Positions 24,501-38,635 of a stretch of DNA of 64,000 nucleotides are shown here, one piece after another. The notes beneath the pieces were generated by a model. The model was not told where the DNA came from. It did not search any database and worked only from the letters and a program-made list of their open reading frames with translations. Position 1 is the stretch's first letter. Each line of letters opens with the position of its first letter. Both the position numbers and the translations under genes were made by a program. Origin of the DNA: Neoechinorhynchus agilis (Eukaryota; Animalia; Acanthocephala). Where the stretch lies: assembly GCA_051530055.1 (NCBI GenBank), contig CM121342.1, positions 13,779,480 to 13,843,479 of the forward strand, given 5' to 3'.

Positions 24501-27500
24501 ATCCTCAACTAAATTTAAATGCCCATATTTTGTGGTTCACGACAGAAAATCAAGAAAAAACAATTACGATCATGTTTTAAAAGCTGCATTTACCTGAAGT
24601 TTGGTCTTAAAATTTCCATTAACCGATGCTCGCCATAATAAAGTTAATTTTATATAAAAATTAAGGACGCCAAAAGAGGGCAACGAAAGACCCTTTCGTC
24701 ATTTTAACCGTTCATCTTTTGTTCCATTCGTGCCATCAATATCAAATTTTTCGGGTTTAAATTTTTTATTAGAAAATACCTTTCTAATTTTTCGGACCTC
24801 TCGCCATTGAAACAATTAGTGCCGTCGGGTAAAACGCTCCATAATTTTTAACCTTGAAAAATAGTTGGTCTCTACAACAAATGGCCCAGGGAAAACCAAC
24901 TATTTCTTATCACAGAATCAGCTTTTCGAGTCTGAGTTCGAATGCTTAGGTCATGGAGGATAAAGATGTTCCTCCGTTCCTATCAGAACTTTGAGCGCTT
25001 GGATTCTTTTCTTAAGATCGAATTTTACGTTGGTATCGGCTTTTTAATAGATATTTTATTATGGCGTGACCACTGCTAGCATTTCAAATGAAACTGTGAG
25101 ATCAAGTTTGGCAGGTAGATATGTAAAAAATATTTTAACAAAAATATATATTTTCTAAAAGTCAGGTTAAAAAATAAAAGAACAATGGTGTTATTGTGGC
25201 AATCTTCACATTTTTACTAGTTTAATGGTCAAAAGCATTATGCGGAAATTCCTACACTTTCAAACATTTAAAATTAGTGTGATTTTATGCTTGTTTATAT
25301 CATAAAAAATTAAAGGAATTGATTAAATCCGATATTTCGGAGGCACAACATTGTGCTTTTATCAAGGTTTCTTGTAATTTTTCAAATATGTGAGACCTTA
25401 CAAGAAAGCTCGATAAACGCGTACAAAATTGTGCCTCCGAAATATCGAATTTAATAATACTCCTTTGATTTTTAGGCCATAAACAACAGTGTGATTTTAA
25501 TAAGATCCTTGGAGTAATATCACTGGTTGCCTTTAGACAAGTATTTTATTCATAAAACCTAAATAGAGGAAGAAATATAGCAAATATAACCCCATATTGT
25601 CTCAAGGGGTGGCAGATAGTCGTTTTCAAAGTTGCATACTCGAGAAGATACAAAGAAAACAGATTTTCGGTCTTCATTTACATCCAAGGACAGAAAAACG
25701 ATAACTATCTCATAAAGAATTTTAAATCTTTTAAAAAATTAGCTCAATTTGTGCAGGTTAGAAAACTGAGTGTAAAATTATTTAAAAAAATTGCTAAATA
25801 TTCTCTTTACTGCAACGCAAGTAATTATAATTGTTAATTTTAAAGTCTTCAATTTTCACTGATGTATATTTTTAAAGCTGGAAAACCTGTGAGAATAAAA
25901 GGAGTTTAAAAACAGTGTGTTAAAATTTTCATCCGTCGAATAAATGGAATAAATCAATTGTTGAATAGATTTTGAGACTAAATATTTTGGGTAAAATCCA
26001 AATGGATAATGCATGAACTGTGCTATTTACATTGTTCCAGTCAGGGTTTACGTCCCTCAATTGGAAATTCAACGAATTTGCTTCTACATTTCCGTTTCCT
26101 GAGACATCATAGACAGCAGTCTTTCTTTGAACATTTCCCATTTTATTTCTATTGGTTCTACTCGTTAATGCACTGGCAACTTCGTATAGAATAGAAGATC
26201 GTCGTTTGTGGAAGTCAGCCGAGAAGCTAGAAGATGTTGTTGGCTTTTGGCGATGGTCTTTCTCCACGATGTTGTTGTATCTAATCGCTGCCTTGCATGC
26301 TGTTCGAAAGTAGGGGGTGGGTAATGGAGGCGGAAAGCGTTATTTGGTACGTTAATTATTTTCCCACCGAAAAGACTATTCGAACAGAATAAGGGAATGC
26401 TTTTTAACTTCAGATTATTATTAGGCCTAGGTAAGATAACTAAATATTGTGTTTTCCCTTATAATCAATTGACATTCGAAAACCGGCATTCATTAGAAAC
26501 GTGAACCAGGAAAGGTATTCCTTTTATTTCGCCATATCAATCCTACCACCATTGTTTTTACCACATCGCATCCCCTTTTTACATGAGCACAACACTCGCA
26601 ATCCCAATTCCTTACATCCTTCCTCAACGCCCGCTGCTACTTTTTCCATACTGACCAAGGTTCTCGGATGCCATTACCCGAAATGAACCGGAGGAAAGAA
26701 CCACCTTCACAAATTCTCCTACATCGATAACCACCAAATTTCCTACCCGTAATCCATTCCAAAATAAATAGCTACATTCAGGGAACCTATCATTTGTTTC
26801 GAGTGTTTACGAGGACCCAAAGGGACGTGGTTCCTCTTCTTTGTTCAATAATAAAACGTGTTATTAGTGTTTAAAATTGAGTTATTCGAGATTTTCTTAA
26901 CTTAAAATGATGCGAGATCAGCGTTTTGATAAAAGAGCAAACCTTCGAATAAATACGGGTTTAGGAAGCCACGAAGCTTAAAAAAGTGACATGCATTTTT
27001 TACATTTTGAGAAAATAATAATCCTTATGAGTGGGGAAAAGATAGTAGATGAGTTTAGCTTGAAGATTTTAGAAAGTCTACCATGCATGGGAATCTAAGA
27101 GACAGTAAGTGCCATAAAACTCCCGTGTCAGTTTCTCAATTAACTTAAAGTCGAACGCGGTAATGAATGTTTCTAGTTTCAATGCGATCAAAATTACTCT
27201 AATCTTGATCTGATTTTTGCTATAGCTAATAATCGGCATATAGCATTTCTGCGTTTCATGCTGTAAAAACAAGGTAGACGTATTAATCGTAAGCGAGTTA
27301 ACATGAATATTGTGTTACTGTAGGAGTTCTCATGAGCATTCCTTTAAAGGAAACTCTACAATCAGTTGGGACTTACCCATGTCAAAAACTCGGTCTACAT
27401 TGCTGCCGCACATCGAATGCGTCTCTATATACAAGCATATCCCTGCACATCGCTGAACCATCATATGAGCCCGTCTAGCATCCACGGTTCTTGGATTATG

Positions 27501-28122
27501 AGCATTTACAGTATCTAAATGTGATGTGGCAAAAAGGGCAACTGAGCATTTTCTGACCTAAAGTTCCAGTCAGAATGAACGGCAATGGACCAGAATTTCT
27601 GAGTTTCGTGATTTTATGATGGTATCGAACAATTGTTTGAAAGGAGTCCTCATTCTCGACACTGAAAACGAACATGACAACGTCTACCCACTTCGAAAAC
27701 TCTTCAGATGGCGGGTGAGCCTCATCCCGGATCAGGAGCATATAAGGTTTTGCTTCAACTGTCATCAGTCTCTTAAACCTTCCGCCAGCACACGAGTCAT
27801 CGTGAATAACAGCGCCAGTTAAGAACCGATTAACCAACAATGATTTGTTACTAGCGTGTCCCGGCAAACCCAGGACACCCAATCGAATCTGATGAATGTT
27901 CCTACTAAGGGTCCATTCAGGACTGCCAATAAATGCGCACTCAATCGATTCGACAGCCATTCGCATTCGTGCACTCAATTGACCATATCCCATTTCTTCG
28001 AGGTTGTCCAGAAATTCGTAAAGGAGATAAATGTTGGGGTGCACTGACTGGAATCGATTGATCTCTGATTGAATAAGTCGACGAAGGTGATCATTCCCAT
28101 TTTCGTGGTGCTTTGTAAACAT
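21511..28122 (-). CDS. AGAP: Centaurin-gamma/AGAP: GTPase-like domain, split PH domain, ArfGAP
   Basis: N-terminal [44 protein letters not shown]; [20 protein letters not shown]; Arf[44 protein letters not shown]. Exons approximately 28122-27560, 27514-27377, 26300-26050, 23427-23329 and 23128-21511. Confidence 0.92.
23865..24092. mobile_element. Foldback/MITE-like element in AGAP intron, related copy at about 32050-32200
   Basis: Inverted arms of about 65 bp (tttgatcaattcaatct...agattgaattgatcaaa); 5' part gtcgac..gatcattaaagac..tcgactgat..aatcagtcatttgatca shared with 32050-32140. Confidence 0.8.
24185..24340 (+). repeat. Short-period imperfect repeats (cccgaacggac-like), related minus-strand copy at about 58105-58250
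   Basis: Recurrent ccgaac/cgactggat/ggatatt units; reverse complement present upstream of CDC27. Confidence 0.6.
25308..25462. mobile_element. Hairpin MITE-like element; partial relatives near 38975 and 57630
   Basis: ttaaatccgatatttcggaggcacaa...ttgtgcctccgaaatatcgaatttaa inverted arms; ttgtgc.tttatcaaggtttcttgtaa shared with 57650. Confidence 0.8.
26530..26780 (+). mobile_element. LINE 3'-end fragment, same family as 40490-40730 (minus)
   Basis: cccc.ttttacatgagc.caacactcg.aatcccaattc...cgctacttttccatac...attacccgaaa.gaaccggag...cgtaatccattccaaaataaa shared between the two loci. Confidence 0.65.
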
Positions 28123-31100
28123 TTTAGTCGAAAAAGGAGAGAGGGAGTTTAAGAAGGAGACGACTTCAAAACATTGCTTTAATGAGACGAGTGCATTTAA
28201 AAAGAAAATGGCTTAGTCTGTTAGTCTTGAAACGGGAGTCGATTAAATGTAGGAATGTTTCCATTGGGAAAGACGAAATCATTTTTCTTCATTTTCAGAT
28301 CTTGGGTCTTTTTGGAATAAAAATGAGAGCTGTGTGAGCTTGTGGATGAAAACCCAGCGACGGATAGGTAGATGCGGTCGGCGAAAATGACAACATACTG
28401 AGAGCCATTGTAGACGAACTAAGAAAGGCGCTAGTCCACAATTGGTCTGATGGTAATCTGAGCCTTATAAATTGAATAAAGATCTCGTCTCCGTCGCCAC
28501 GTTTTTGTATGGCTCATTCGAGACTACGAACAATACAATAGCGGGAATAATGTAGAGCCTCAAAAAGATGACTGGATTTCGTCTTGGGAACATTCTGGAT
28601 CCATGATTTATCGCAATTTGCTTATATGGCCATACTTCATAATATGGTTCAAGCAAAACTCCATTTTCATGTCTTTACAGGTAAAGTTTAGTAGAAAGAT
28701 TAAATCACTTGCTAAAATGTTTTCATTTAATTTCGAAATTTGGGGAAAATCAATTTTACAAGAAACAACCAAATCGGTTTCGATATAAGGAAAGACATAT
28801 AACATTTTAAGGCGTAATCCTTCCCCGGGTCCATTACGTGCTTTTTCTCCGAATGATGGAACATTCGGTCCAAAAGTAAATGGCTACTATTTAACTGTGT
28901 TCCCGAATGCTTTAACTAAAGTTAGTATGTTAACTCCCCGGCTTAACAAACATACTATTCAGGGTTGCACTGAGACTTTATTTTATTGTGAATATCTTCT
29001 AAGAACTACTCTGATTTCTGTGTTGTTGTTGAAATGCACTGCTTGACAATACGCATAAGAAAGCTGTCACTTCCGCTGCTTTCAGGACGCCACTACTAAG
29101 TGGCTTTAAAAAGGAAAGGCAAAAAATGTCAGGCTGGACATCTATAACCATGTTTTTAAGTACAAATGAGGTTTATTTTTCTACAAATAAGCTGCCATAA
29201 CGAATAATGAAGTCAGGATATTAAACAAAAAAATTCTAAGGCAAGCGAGTTATTTTTAAAGGAATAATATTTACGGAAATGGATGGTAAAAAGAATAATT
29301 GGAAGTGATTTGAATGCCTTAAAAGGTATTGGGCAAGAAGTGACTCGCCTTTTTATCCAATACGAGAAAAATGGAGTAGAGGTAGGATTGTGCTATAAGA
29401 ATAATCTCGTGGTGCATTCGTGCCTGAAAAACTCACTTTCGTTTTCTAATGTTAAGAAAATTAATGAAACAAATGAGCTGTAAAAGTAATTTTTAATGAT
29501 TTTACTTTGGTATTAAGCGAACATCGTTTCGGCTAATTTAAATAAGTTTTGTCAATACAAATCATGCTTCACCACCAAAACCTAGCCCTTGATTCCGAAA
29601 ATACAATTTTGCTTTTGTAGTCTTTCTCTGGGTAGACAAATTGCAGAAAATACTAAAAACTTTTTTATGCTATAGTCATTAGTTCATAATATCTAAAAAG
29701 AATCCGACCTTCTAAAAAGCAATTACACTTACTTTCATTTTTGCGTCAACTAACTAAGTTTTTACGATAAAAATCTTTTTAGTCGCTTAAACAAGAAAAT
29801 GCACTTAATTGACATTAGCTTAGAACATACATCACAGTATTTTAGATTCATAAGGTGAATAATCAATGCTGAAATAATTGAAATCTCCAATGACCATAAA
29901 ACTATGTTGAATAGAAAAAAAGCTGGTGATGCCTCCCGTCTTTTGTGTGAATGTAGATTACTTTTCTAAATACCATCCTTATTCATCTACATCTTCCCAA
30001 AAACATCCCACAGTGCGCGAGCTTTCTATTACTAACATTAATGTAGATCGGATCAACGATGATACGAAAAGCTGCTTTTCCTATGAAAGGTTCCAACTTG
30101 CTACTTTTCCCAACAGATGCACCCAATGTTTCTCGAATTCATTTCCGTGTCAAGTATGTCGATGCCGGGTATACAGTCCTCGCAACCTGACAGTCCTTGG
30201 ATCTTTTAGTTGCACTCTCAAATAGAATGCCAAGGCGATTTATTTGCATGCGTCGCAAAAAATGTAACCTTAAAAAAGCACCAATTTTAACGGTAACAAA
30301 GAAATAAAAGGAGCATCATCTGCGGTCACTGACAACCCATCGACCTCAATTAAAATTGGTTGTCAGTACAGGAGGTTGTAAGTGGAGTCGGTTACGTAAA
30401 AACCTTACCCAATCGTTATTACGGCACATTGCGTGAAGGCATGCGGTGGTGTAAAGTTAACAGAATTCGGACAATTTTGGTTCCCGACGGAGATTCGCGA
30501 AATCCGAAAATAATAAATGACCGGATGAAATCAGGGGCATCGAGGAGACTTATGGATGAAACATGAGAGTTTAAATTATTTATTCCCTTGCTTGGAGTGC
30601 TCTGCTGTTAGAATGTGTGCTAAAGTTACCGATATATGAAGAACTATCGTTGCATACCTTTGTTCGTACTGTTTGCTAGGTCGAGAAAAAGCGTGGGCAT
30701 TTCCGAGTCTTTACCGAGGTATCAGTCCGATGAATTCGCGTTCCACTCTTCCCAAGTTTATACATTTTTCGTTGCTACCTTTGTCACCCTGCTGTCGAGA
30801 CAACTAAGATACTTGATAGATTGACGATCCTCGAGAGAGAGAGCAAGTACCGCCCTTCTGAAACATTTTACGCAAATTGTAACTACCTTACACCATTAAC
30901 GGTAAGTGGTTGAACGGTTTGCTTAGTTCTGTTTTTTAACCTCGAATATTGACTATTAAAAGAGCTTTATGGACCGCTTGAGAAGCTATTAATATATTTT
31001 AAATTCTAGCAAAAATGTCACTATATCTTTAGGCAGCAAAAGTTAGAGGAAACAGGCTTCTGATACCTGAACCGGACTATAATGGTCCAAAATTAAGTAA

Positions 31101-32049
31101 TTTTCTCCTCGTTCGTCATTGTAGAAAGTTTGCACCCCATTGTTTAGAGTTGAAGTTCAATCGGTGCACATGAATTTGTAGAGTACGAACTTTGTTTCCA
31201 TTTTCGCAACACGGTGCCACTGAATCATAGTGGATCGGTGGGTGCTGCTTTTCCGCGTTTAACTTGTAGAAGTCCTCAACTTGTCTGTTTAAGGATCAAG
31301 TACAAATTTAAGCAAGTAATCTTGGTATTTCGATGACTTAGGCAACCTTGTGCCAAGCTAGAAAATGCAGTTTTCTGGGACGCTATATACGCGCCAATTC
31401 CCGCGGATGATTACTTAATCTTGCAAACTGTTCGTTCTGCTTTGTTTCCTTTGAATGTCCTATTGTTCCCTTACACGCGTCAACTACTTCAAGAGTCAAC
31501 CTTTAAGCTAATATGGGCTCAGCTTATCAAAGTTGGAGTCAGCGAAACATTGAAAGATCTGCTATTCCTAAAACATTCTGTATAACCAAGAGCGAAATTC
31601 GGTCTCCATCCGCTTATTGAGTTCAACAGGAAATAATGATGCACTTTAAAATTGCATTTTCTCGTCGACGTGAAAGCGATTCTTTAAACGGAAGGAAATG
31701 TAATATAGAGAAAACAAAATGAATGCCAGTTTCCATAATATTCGCGTTCGAACTAATACCATTTGACTGAAAGTACGGCAGTTGGGTGGTGATATTCGTT
31801 TAAACCTTATTGGCATTCATTACAAACAAAGTTTTTCCATCGTTGTTCGACGGCGACCCGTGAAATTTAAATCGAGCGAATTAGCAAAAATGTTCATTTA
31901 AACACTTTTAATATCAAATCCTGTGATTTGTCGACTTATTCAATTGCTTCTTTTCACTCGCATTACTTTATTATAGCAATTTCGTTTCTTAAAGTTTCTC
32001 ATTGCTACTGGCAATCGTTCGTAGTCGATATTTAGCATATTTTGTTATT

Positions 32050-32200
32050 TAAATCGCTTGTCGACAACCGAGAGGGATCATTAAAGACGAATGTATATTT
32101 CGACTGATCTCTAATCAGTCATTTGATCATATCAATCCAAAAAATCATATGAATTTATCACAAATACACGATATGACTGTTCGTTTCTACTCGGGAACCC
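32050..32200 (+). repeat. Dispersed repeat, same family as 23865-24092
   Basis: gatcattaaagac..atgtatatttcgactgat..ctaatcagtcatttgatca shared. Confidence 0.8.
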
Positions 32201-33371
32201 GGGATCGTCAACCCCGTAGGCGAAAACTAGTTTCCCTGGGTATATTTACGCCAACTATAGGTATTTGGAGAGAACTTTTTGCTTTGTTTCCTCCGATCGT
32301 GCTGGCCATTTCAATATGTATTGACTCCTTTTATATGTCTATGGAACTTTCTCTTTTCGACACATATAACGTCGGTCTTATCGAGCCCGCGCACCCGTCA
32401 ATTGATACTCGTCACCATTTCTTATTATTGAGCAAATCCTATGTTTTCTGTGAAAACGTTCTCATTTTGTTTTACTGGTGAACCTTATGATATTGCAAAG
32501 TGATACTGTGTTTAGAAAGTCAGACCTTGTTTTTGCCTCAAAATTTAAACCAGCGTTGCCTTAATTTCTCCACACAAAAGCAGAGACAGCATTTGTGACC
32601 ATTTACAACATCAAGTGAATTGCATAAAAAGTTAAAAAAAATCAAATAGCGAAATATCGAAAAAGAAAGATGACGGACCATACGAGGAGAGAAGTTTTGG
32701 ATTATTGACTAATACAGTTGTATGTTAACAAATAAGGAACCTCAATGTTCCCTATGTCCCAGAATTCTATAATTCGAGCAGTTTTGGGTGTTAGCGACGT
32801 TCAGTATTTTCTCAAACGAAATTAGGTGTTTTCTTCGACTTGAGCGTATTTTAACAAAACATTCACGAAATTCCTTTCGAGACAAAATAGAATTTATTCG
32901 GTCAAGTATGACCGAAGATTTCTAAAAAGTGGTAATTTAACTTCACATCATCGGTGTAGGTGTGTGAACTAGTAATGCCAGAAGACTGAAGGTAACTCTA
33001 CAATTTAGTTGCTCATAATATTCTAGGCATCAACAGCGACTGAAATATGTCATTTTTGTGTTCAAAAAATATAAAGATTATAGCTAGTAAAAACATCAAA
33101 AATTGAAGAAACGGAAATATTGAATTAAAATATAACGACAATTGCTAGTTAAGCGCAACTCTTAATGAGTTAAAATGAACTTCGATTAAAAAAGCGAAAG
33201 CAGCAGCAGGTATTTTCGAGAAATTCAACTTAACAATTGTTCCAACATGACTGCGTTTTAATGATCGACCATCCAACAACTGCACTGTTCATTCAACAGA
33301 ATATAAAGATGATTGTTAGTTAAACGTGATGTCCAACGACTTATAACGGATCCCAACAATATGATGAGCCT

Positions 33372-36300
33372 CTAAGAAAAGGGAAGACATAATTCACAAT
33401 CATGATACCGGTACACATAGATATGATAATCCTTACTAGATAAAACGACGCGTCCATTGCTCATCAATGCTGCGTCGTAACATTGGGCATGTCTTATTTT
33501 ACTTTCAAAAGCTCCTTTTAGAATGCCTTTCTCAGAAAAGATGGTTAGATTGAAACTGTTATGATTATCAGCAACAAGAATATCTCCTTTACCATCATCC
33601 TCGATTCCTATTGCAATGGGGAAATTAGTGATACCCTCGGAGCCAATGGATCGTATGAAGGTTCCAGCGTAAGAGAACACTTTGACGCAGTGCGATCGAT
33701 TGTCGCTTATAAATATCTCATCTTTTGCATTAACTGCAACTGCATTCGGAAACTCAATCAGCTTGGCACAAGTAAATCGGTTTAAAATGTTCCCCAGCAT
33801 ATCGAAAATAAATACGCGCATAACCTTGCATTCAACCACGATAATGTTTCCTCGATTATCAACGCAAACTCCTCTAGGATGCTGAAGGACGTCTGAACCA
33901 AATTTACGGATGAATTTTCCTTCCCGTGAAAACACTTGAACCTGATGAGTTGGACTACGTTCTGTAATGATTACTTCTCCAGTTGGTTTATAAACAGTTA
34001 CTCGGTTTGGGTACAGTAGCTGGCCGTCTCGCTTTCCACATTCTCCAAATTGGTATATAAAGTGACCTTTAAAATAACTCAGTCGCGCTTTTGGAAATAA
34101 TATGACAAAAACAAACCTTCCTTGCTAAAAACTTGAATTCTGTGATTGTTTGTATCAGCAACTAATATGTCGTCATTTGCATTAACAGCAATTCCTGAAG
34201 GCTCTGTGAACTGTCCTGCGTTATTACCGAATTGACCAATTTTCATGTGGTACATTATTTTATGTCGTCTCAATTGTGTCGTTAAATTCACAGGTTTTTT
34301 AGGGGACGACGGTGAAGCATGATGATCGCGTTGATCGTTAAATTGAAGGTAAATATCGGAAAATGTTGGAGGTAACTTTGATAGATGGAACTCATTCATT
34401 GGAGAAGAAGACATTGATGAACCATAGCTCCCAGTTCGATTAAATGAAGCGCGGGTAAATCTTCGTATATGGTTGGAGTTGTCTTTTGGCGTAACTTTCG
34501 ATGAGCTTTTAGACGAGCTATGGTCAATGTAACCAAAATTTGATTGTATAAACAATTGAACTGATTGCAGATCCGGCTGTCGGAATTGACAAAATTCCAA
34601 AAGAGACGGCTTAGCATAAATAGAAGGTGATTTAAAAGCATTTGAATGACGAGTATCTAACCTCACATGTGAGGCCAGAAGTAGGGCTAAGTTCTAAATC
34701 GGCATAAGCTTGGATAAGTTCCTATTAGAAAGGGTATATTATTAAAAAATATTGTGACATGGCAGTGATCACATATAATGCCTCGTTATTCTTATAAAAG
34801 ATAATAAGTTAGTTGTCCATTTGGATGGAATTTATAACGCAAATAATCGGATATAAACAAGCACTGGTTAAAAGCATTCTTAACGTTTTGGAAAAGAACC
34901 AACGGTACGAATTTATGAAATTTATTGTTTTTAACCAATTAAATTTGGGGTTCTAAGGTTGAAATCGCTAGTGTATTTCGCTACATATGCTGACGTAGGG
35001 CCTAGTGGCCGAGTAGTATAAGTGCCTTCAGAATGCGCTCGATATGTCGATGATCCAAATCCACTGGTCGCTGGGTTCCACGAGGGTTGCGAGGCTGCTG
35101 AAAGAGTGGGGTCAGGTTTGAGATCACCCATCGACCCCAGAAGAGGAGTGGCCCTGTCCCTTCGAGTGCGGCAGAGCGCCTCCGAAGTGGTGAGTTAGCC
35201 AAGAGGCTTCCAGAGAAATGCCGTGAGGCCCTGAGTGTATGCGATTAAGATAAATAAAAATAAATATGCTGACGTTCCATTTGTATGCAAAAAAGCGATG
35301 ATTTTTGAAAAAGAGGGAAAGACGACCCAACAATAGAAAATATTATTTGCCTTCGATTGAGGTGCAATTGGTGCTGAAAGCGGTCAAGGGATAATTCTGG
35401 GATTACATTTATTATTATTGCGGCAGCTATTGGAAGCAACCTATCGTCTTATCCTAACATACTTTTTAAAGAATCACAAAAAGGCTAGATATCAATGGGT
35501 GAAGCGATGTTACTAGCATTCTTTTTAATTATGAAACGGGTTTGTAAGAGCCAATTGCTCTACTCCCATAAATTTTCAATTAAAGTATTCACATTGGATG
35601 AAAAGGGGTCTAAAAAGCATTATTTGGTAAAGTTCCTGATCGAAGATTGGTATTTTATAAATGATACACTAGCTGACAGGGTAATAGACAGCACAAAACA
35701 TGAGTGATTTTAACGATTATTTGCTCATGCCTAACTACTTGAACTCAAATTGATCCGTTCGATTTTAATCCCCTAATCTCAAATTCATCGAAGTTCAGTG
35801 TGAGCGCTCTTACTAGTGTAAAAAAGTTCGAAATTTAACCCTGAGATTAAGCATACTACTCATTTCTCATGTCATTCTATAGCATACGATTTAGAGTGGC
35901 TTCAAGCAGACAAAACAGCATTTTTCGTTCTAGACTGATGATAAATGCCATAGATGCATTAGCAGTATTCTTCAATCGTTCGCTTAAATATCTGAGGCTA
36001 AATAGTGTATAATGTATTCTAGAAACCAAATCGCAAGTACCGGCCATGAAATACATTTCCTAATACGTTATTTGAGTTTATTCTATTTGAAAGCACTACT
36101 ATAGTTTTGTGTCCTATGTAATGAACGAAATGGGATTAAATCGTTCGAAGGTAAGGAAAGGAGTTTAGTGAAGTTCAATTTAAGGAAATTGTCCGATACT
36201 AGAAGAATATTGCGAAATGTGAAATCATTCGTAATACATTTTAAATAGATTTATCGACAAATTAAGAAAATTTGTGCAGTTCTGCAAATAATTTATAGAC

Positions 36301-36636
36301 TTAAGTATAGTTCGGACATTACTGCCTTAGTATTTGATTACCATACCTTAACGAGTTCTTCCTTTCGCTGCTCAATACAATATTTGTAGAAATTGAAAAC
36401 GCCTTCGATTTCTCCAACGGTTTTTTTGTACAACTGTAACGGAAAAACTCTATTTTAAGTGCATGTTTTCTCCTGACCTGATTCTTTAGATTACGCGATC
36501 GTTCGTTGGCAATCAGAGATTCATCTAACGATCTAGCAGCATTTGCGTAAGTGTTCGACTGTAGAATCGTGTTGCGATTACTTCTGCTATTGGTTTGTAC
36601 GTGGAATCTATGGAATTGATCATCGAGATCTTCCAT
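33372..36636 (-). CDS. brat: Brat/NCL-1 family NHL-repeat protein; 5' end uncertain (may extend to about 37500)
   Basis: GQFTEPSGIAVNA.DDILVADTNNHRIQVF, FGECGKRDGQLLYPNRV, TERSPTHQVQ, LQHPRGVCVDN, VVECKVMRV, ISDNRSHCVKVF, GITNFPI, ADNHNSFNLTIF, VLSSKDYHIYVYRY match the Brat NHL propeller. Confidence 0.93.
35030..35232 (-). repeat. GC-rich dispersed repeat in brat intron, copy at 51339-51545 (+)
   Basis: ggctaactca..cggaggcgctctgccgcactcgaagggacagggcc...gatgggtgatctcaaacct...cagcagcctcgca...gtggaacccagcgacc shared. Confidence 0.88.
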
Positions 36637-38165
36637 TGAGCCATCCTTATGGTCAGTTAGATTATTCTGAGCACGAGTGAATCGAATCCCATAAAGATCA
36701 CAAATACCTGCTCAGTATAAAATGGTTTGTTGCTAAACATAAATCTGCTTTAATTAAGCATTCAATCTGTTAATTGGTTTTTAGATGAGAATTAAACCAC
36801 GAGAATCAGTTGGACGTCTTTAAAAAGAAGAAGCACGAACGAAGACGCTTTAGCTAACCCACTAATATGCGCATTGCTGCAGCAACTTCGCTTACCATGA
36901 GTATATCGACGTCTTGGCAGCGAGAGAGCAAGGGCAAAGAAATAAGACACGTACCACAAGTCTGTTTTATGGCTTGGATGATGAAATTCAAGGGTGGATG
37001 GCTTTGGAATTGAGGTGCAGTGGGACGGCTTGTGGGAACGTGCAAACAGCATTTGAAAAGAAAATAAGCTATTTAGTGTGTGTGTGGATCTTTTTTCGTG
37101 AACAATGGTTCAATCTAGACAAGTGTAGGGAAACACGCATATAAACCGATCAAAGCACCTGCTGTCTTAGACTAATGGAACAGCGGAGAGGAATGCTATT
37201 TGATGGAATCATGTTGCTCAGGCGGAATTGATGGAAGCACGTTTCTTCGGATCCATGGGTGGATATACACAACCATGACCTCTGTAAGCAACAAGATCTT
37301 CCCTGGTCTAATGCGTTTAAACAGTGTATCGTATTCGAATAGGTCTGATAGCAGAAAATATTAAAGAGAAAAACCACTGAGGCAAAATGGGAGAATCAGA
37401 CTGCGCGACAGATCGTTAAGTGAACCGAAATGGCATCCATTCGGGCGGATGTTCAGATTTCGACAGACTAATGTATGAAGTCTTGTGGATACTTAGAAAA
37501 AGGATTAGATAGTGTGTTTTTATACTCTAAGAAATATACATTAATGTGTACGCTATTGTGCACGTTTATGTGACCGAACTTCATTATTGATCTTACATCT
37601 AATGTCGAAATCCGCGTAATGTCGGAATTGACGAAATATCCGGTGAAGGAGGTATAACAAAATGAAAATATCTTTCCCCCTCACATTAAACGGATTTCCT
37701 ATGAAAACTAATCAATGCTCGAGTATCGAACTCGAATAACAATTTCAGCACTTTTTGTTCAGTGGGAACACAAAAAAAGGAAAATTTGAATCGAGTTTGA
37801 GAAGTATGCTTAGAATAATCTGAGCGTTCAAAAATACTTGCATCAATCATTTTGTGCAGCCATTATTGGATTATGAGGATTATTAAATTAGCGTGTTTAC
37901 GTCAGTTTCAACAGATTTAGTAAAGAAAGCTTGGTTACATGACTTGTTTCAAATAATAAGTACAAGCGAAAACGATGGAAGTATAACTAAAATGATAACC
38001 GATTTAAAATAAGTTGTGGATTTATCAGCGTAAATTAATTTTTTCTACATGACGGAATGTGGCCACAAAACCGATAGATTCGGGTCAATTTAGCGCTGAT
38101 CTGCGCTAAACTCCCATGACCGTATACGGTAATTTGGTTTATTTCGCCTGACAAAAAACAATTAT

Positions 38166-38373
38166 GAGTTTTGTACATCCCTGCGGATCTTTGGATACCT
38201 CCCGAGGAGGCAGGACTCACCATTGAGTTTCCTCCCCCCTTCAACGAGGTATTTCGTCCCTTTGGTTGTGTGTTATCGACGATAATGGATTATGAACCCT
38301 TCTATACTGAAACAGGGATTCGGGACTAGAGTAAACTTGCCCACTTCGACGCAACTACGGAATGTATGAACTC
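38166..38373 (-). mobile_element. SINE-like element (degenerate tRNA-like head, permuted HHR-like core)
   Basis: Homologous to 48472-48668 along its length; GGGACGAAATACCTC...AAACTCAATGGTGAGTCC. Confidence 0.7.
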
Positions 38374-38388
38374 TGTAAGTTTTCGATT

Positions 38389-38471
38389 TTTAGCGTATGC
38401 GTGGCTCAACCGTGCAGGATAACTTAATTTGCATTGATGATTGTAACTGACTGAGCCACGCATACGCTAAA
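38389..38471. repeat. 20-bp perfect inverted repeat with 43-bp spacer
   Basis: tttagcgtatgcgtggctca ... tgagccacgcatacgctaaa. Confidence 0.9.
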
Positions 38472-38583
38472 TAAAAGTTATATTTTGTTTAGTGATATAG
38501 AGATTGATTCATTGATTCTCTTTCACAATGTTTCGTCGGACTTCTTCGGACTTTAACCTTCGAGCGACAGCAGAGGAGGGAGG

Positions 38584-38635
38584 GAAGCTAAGATTTTGCG
38601 GACGGTGGTAATTGCACGTTTTGTGCTTTATTATT
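38584..38635 (+). repeat. About 52-bp dispersed repeat, copy at 44610-44661
   Basis: gaagctaagattttgcggacggtggt.attgcacgttttgt.ctttattatt. Confidence 0.88.

Noticed and set aside
28465-33300. Short ORFs and possible LINE-like traces (29900-30230, 31200-31700)
   Set aside because: Translations gave no reliable motif
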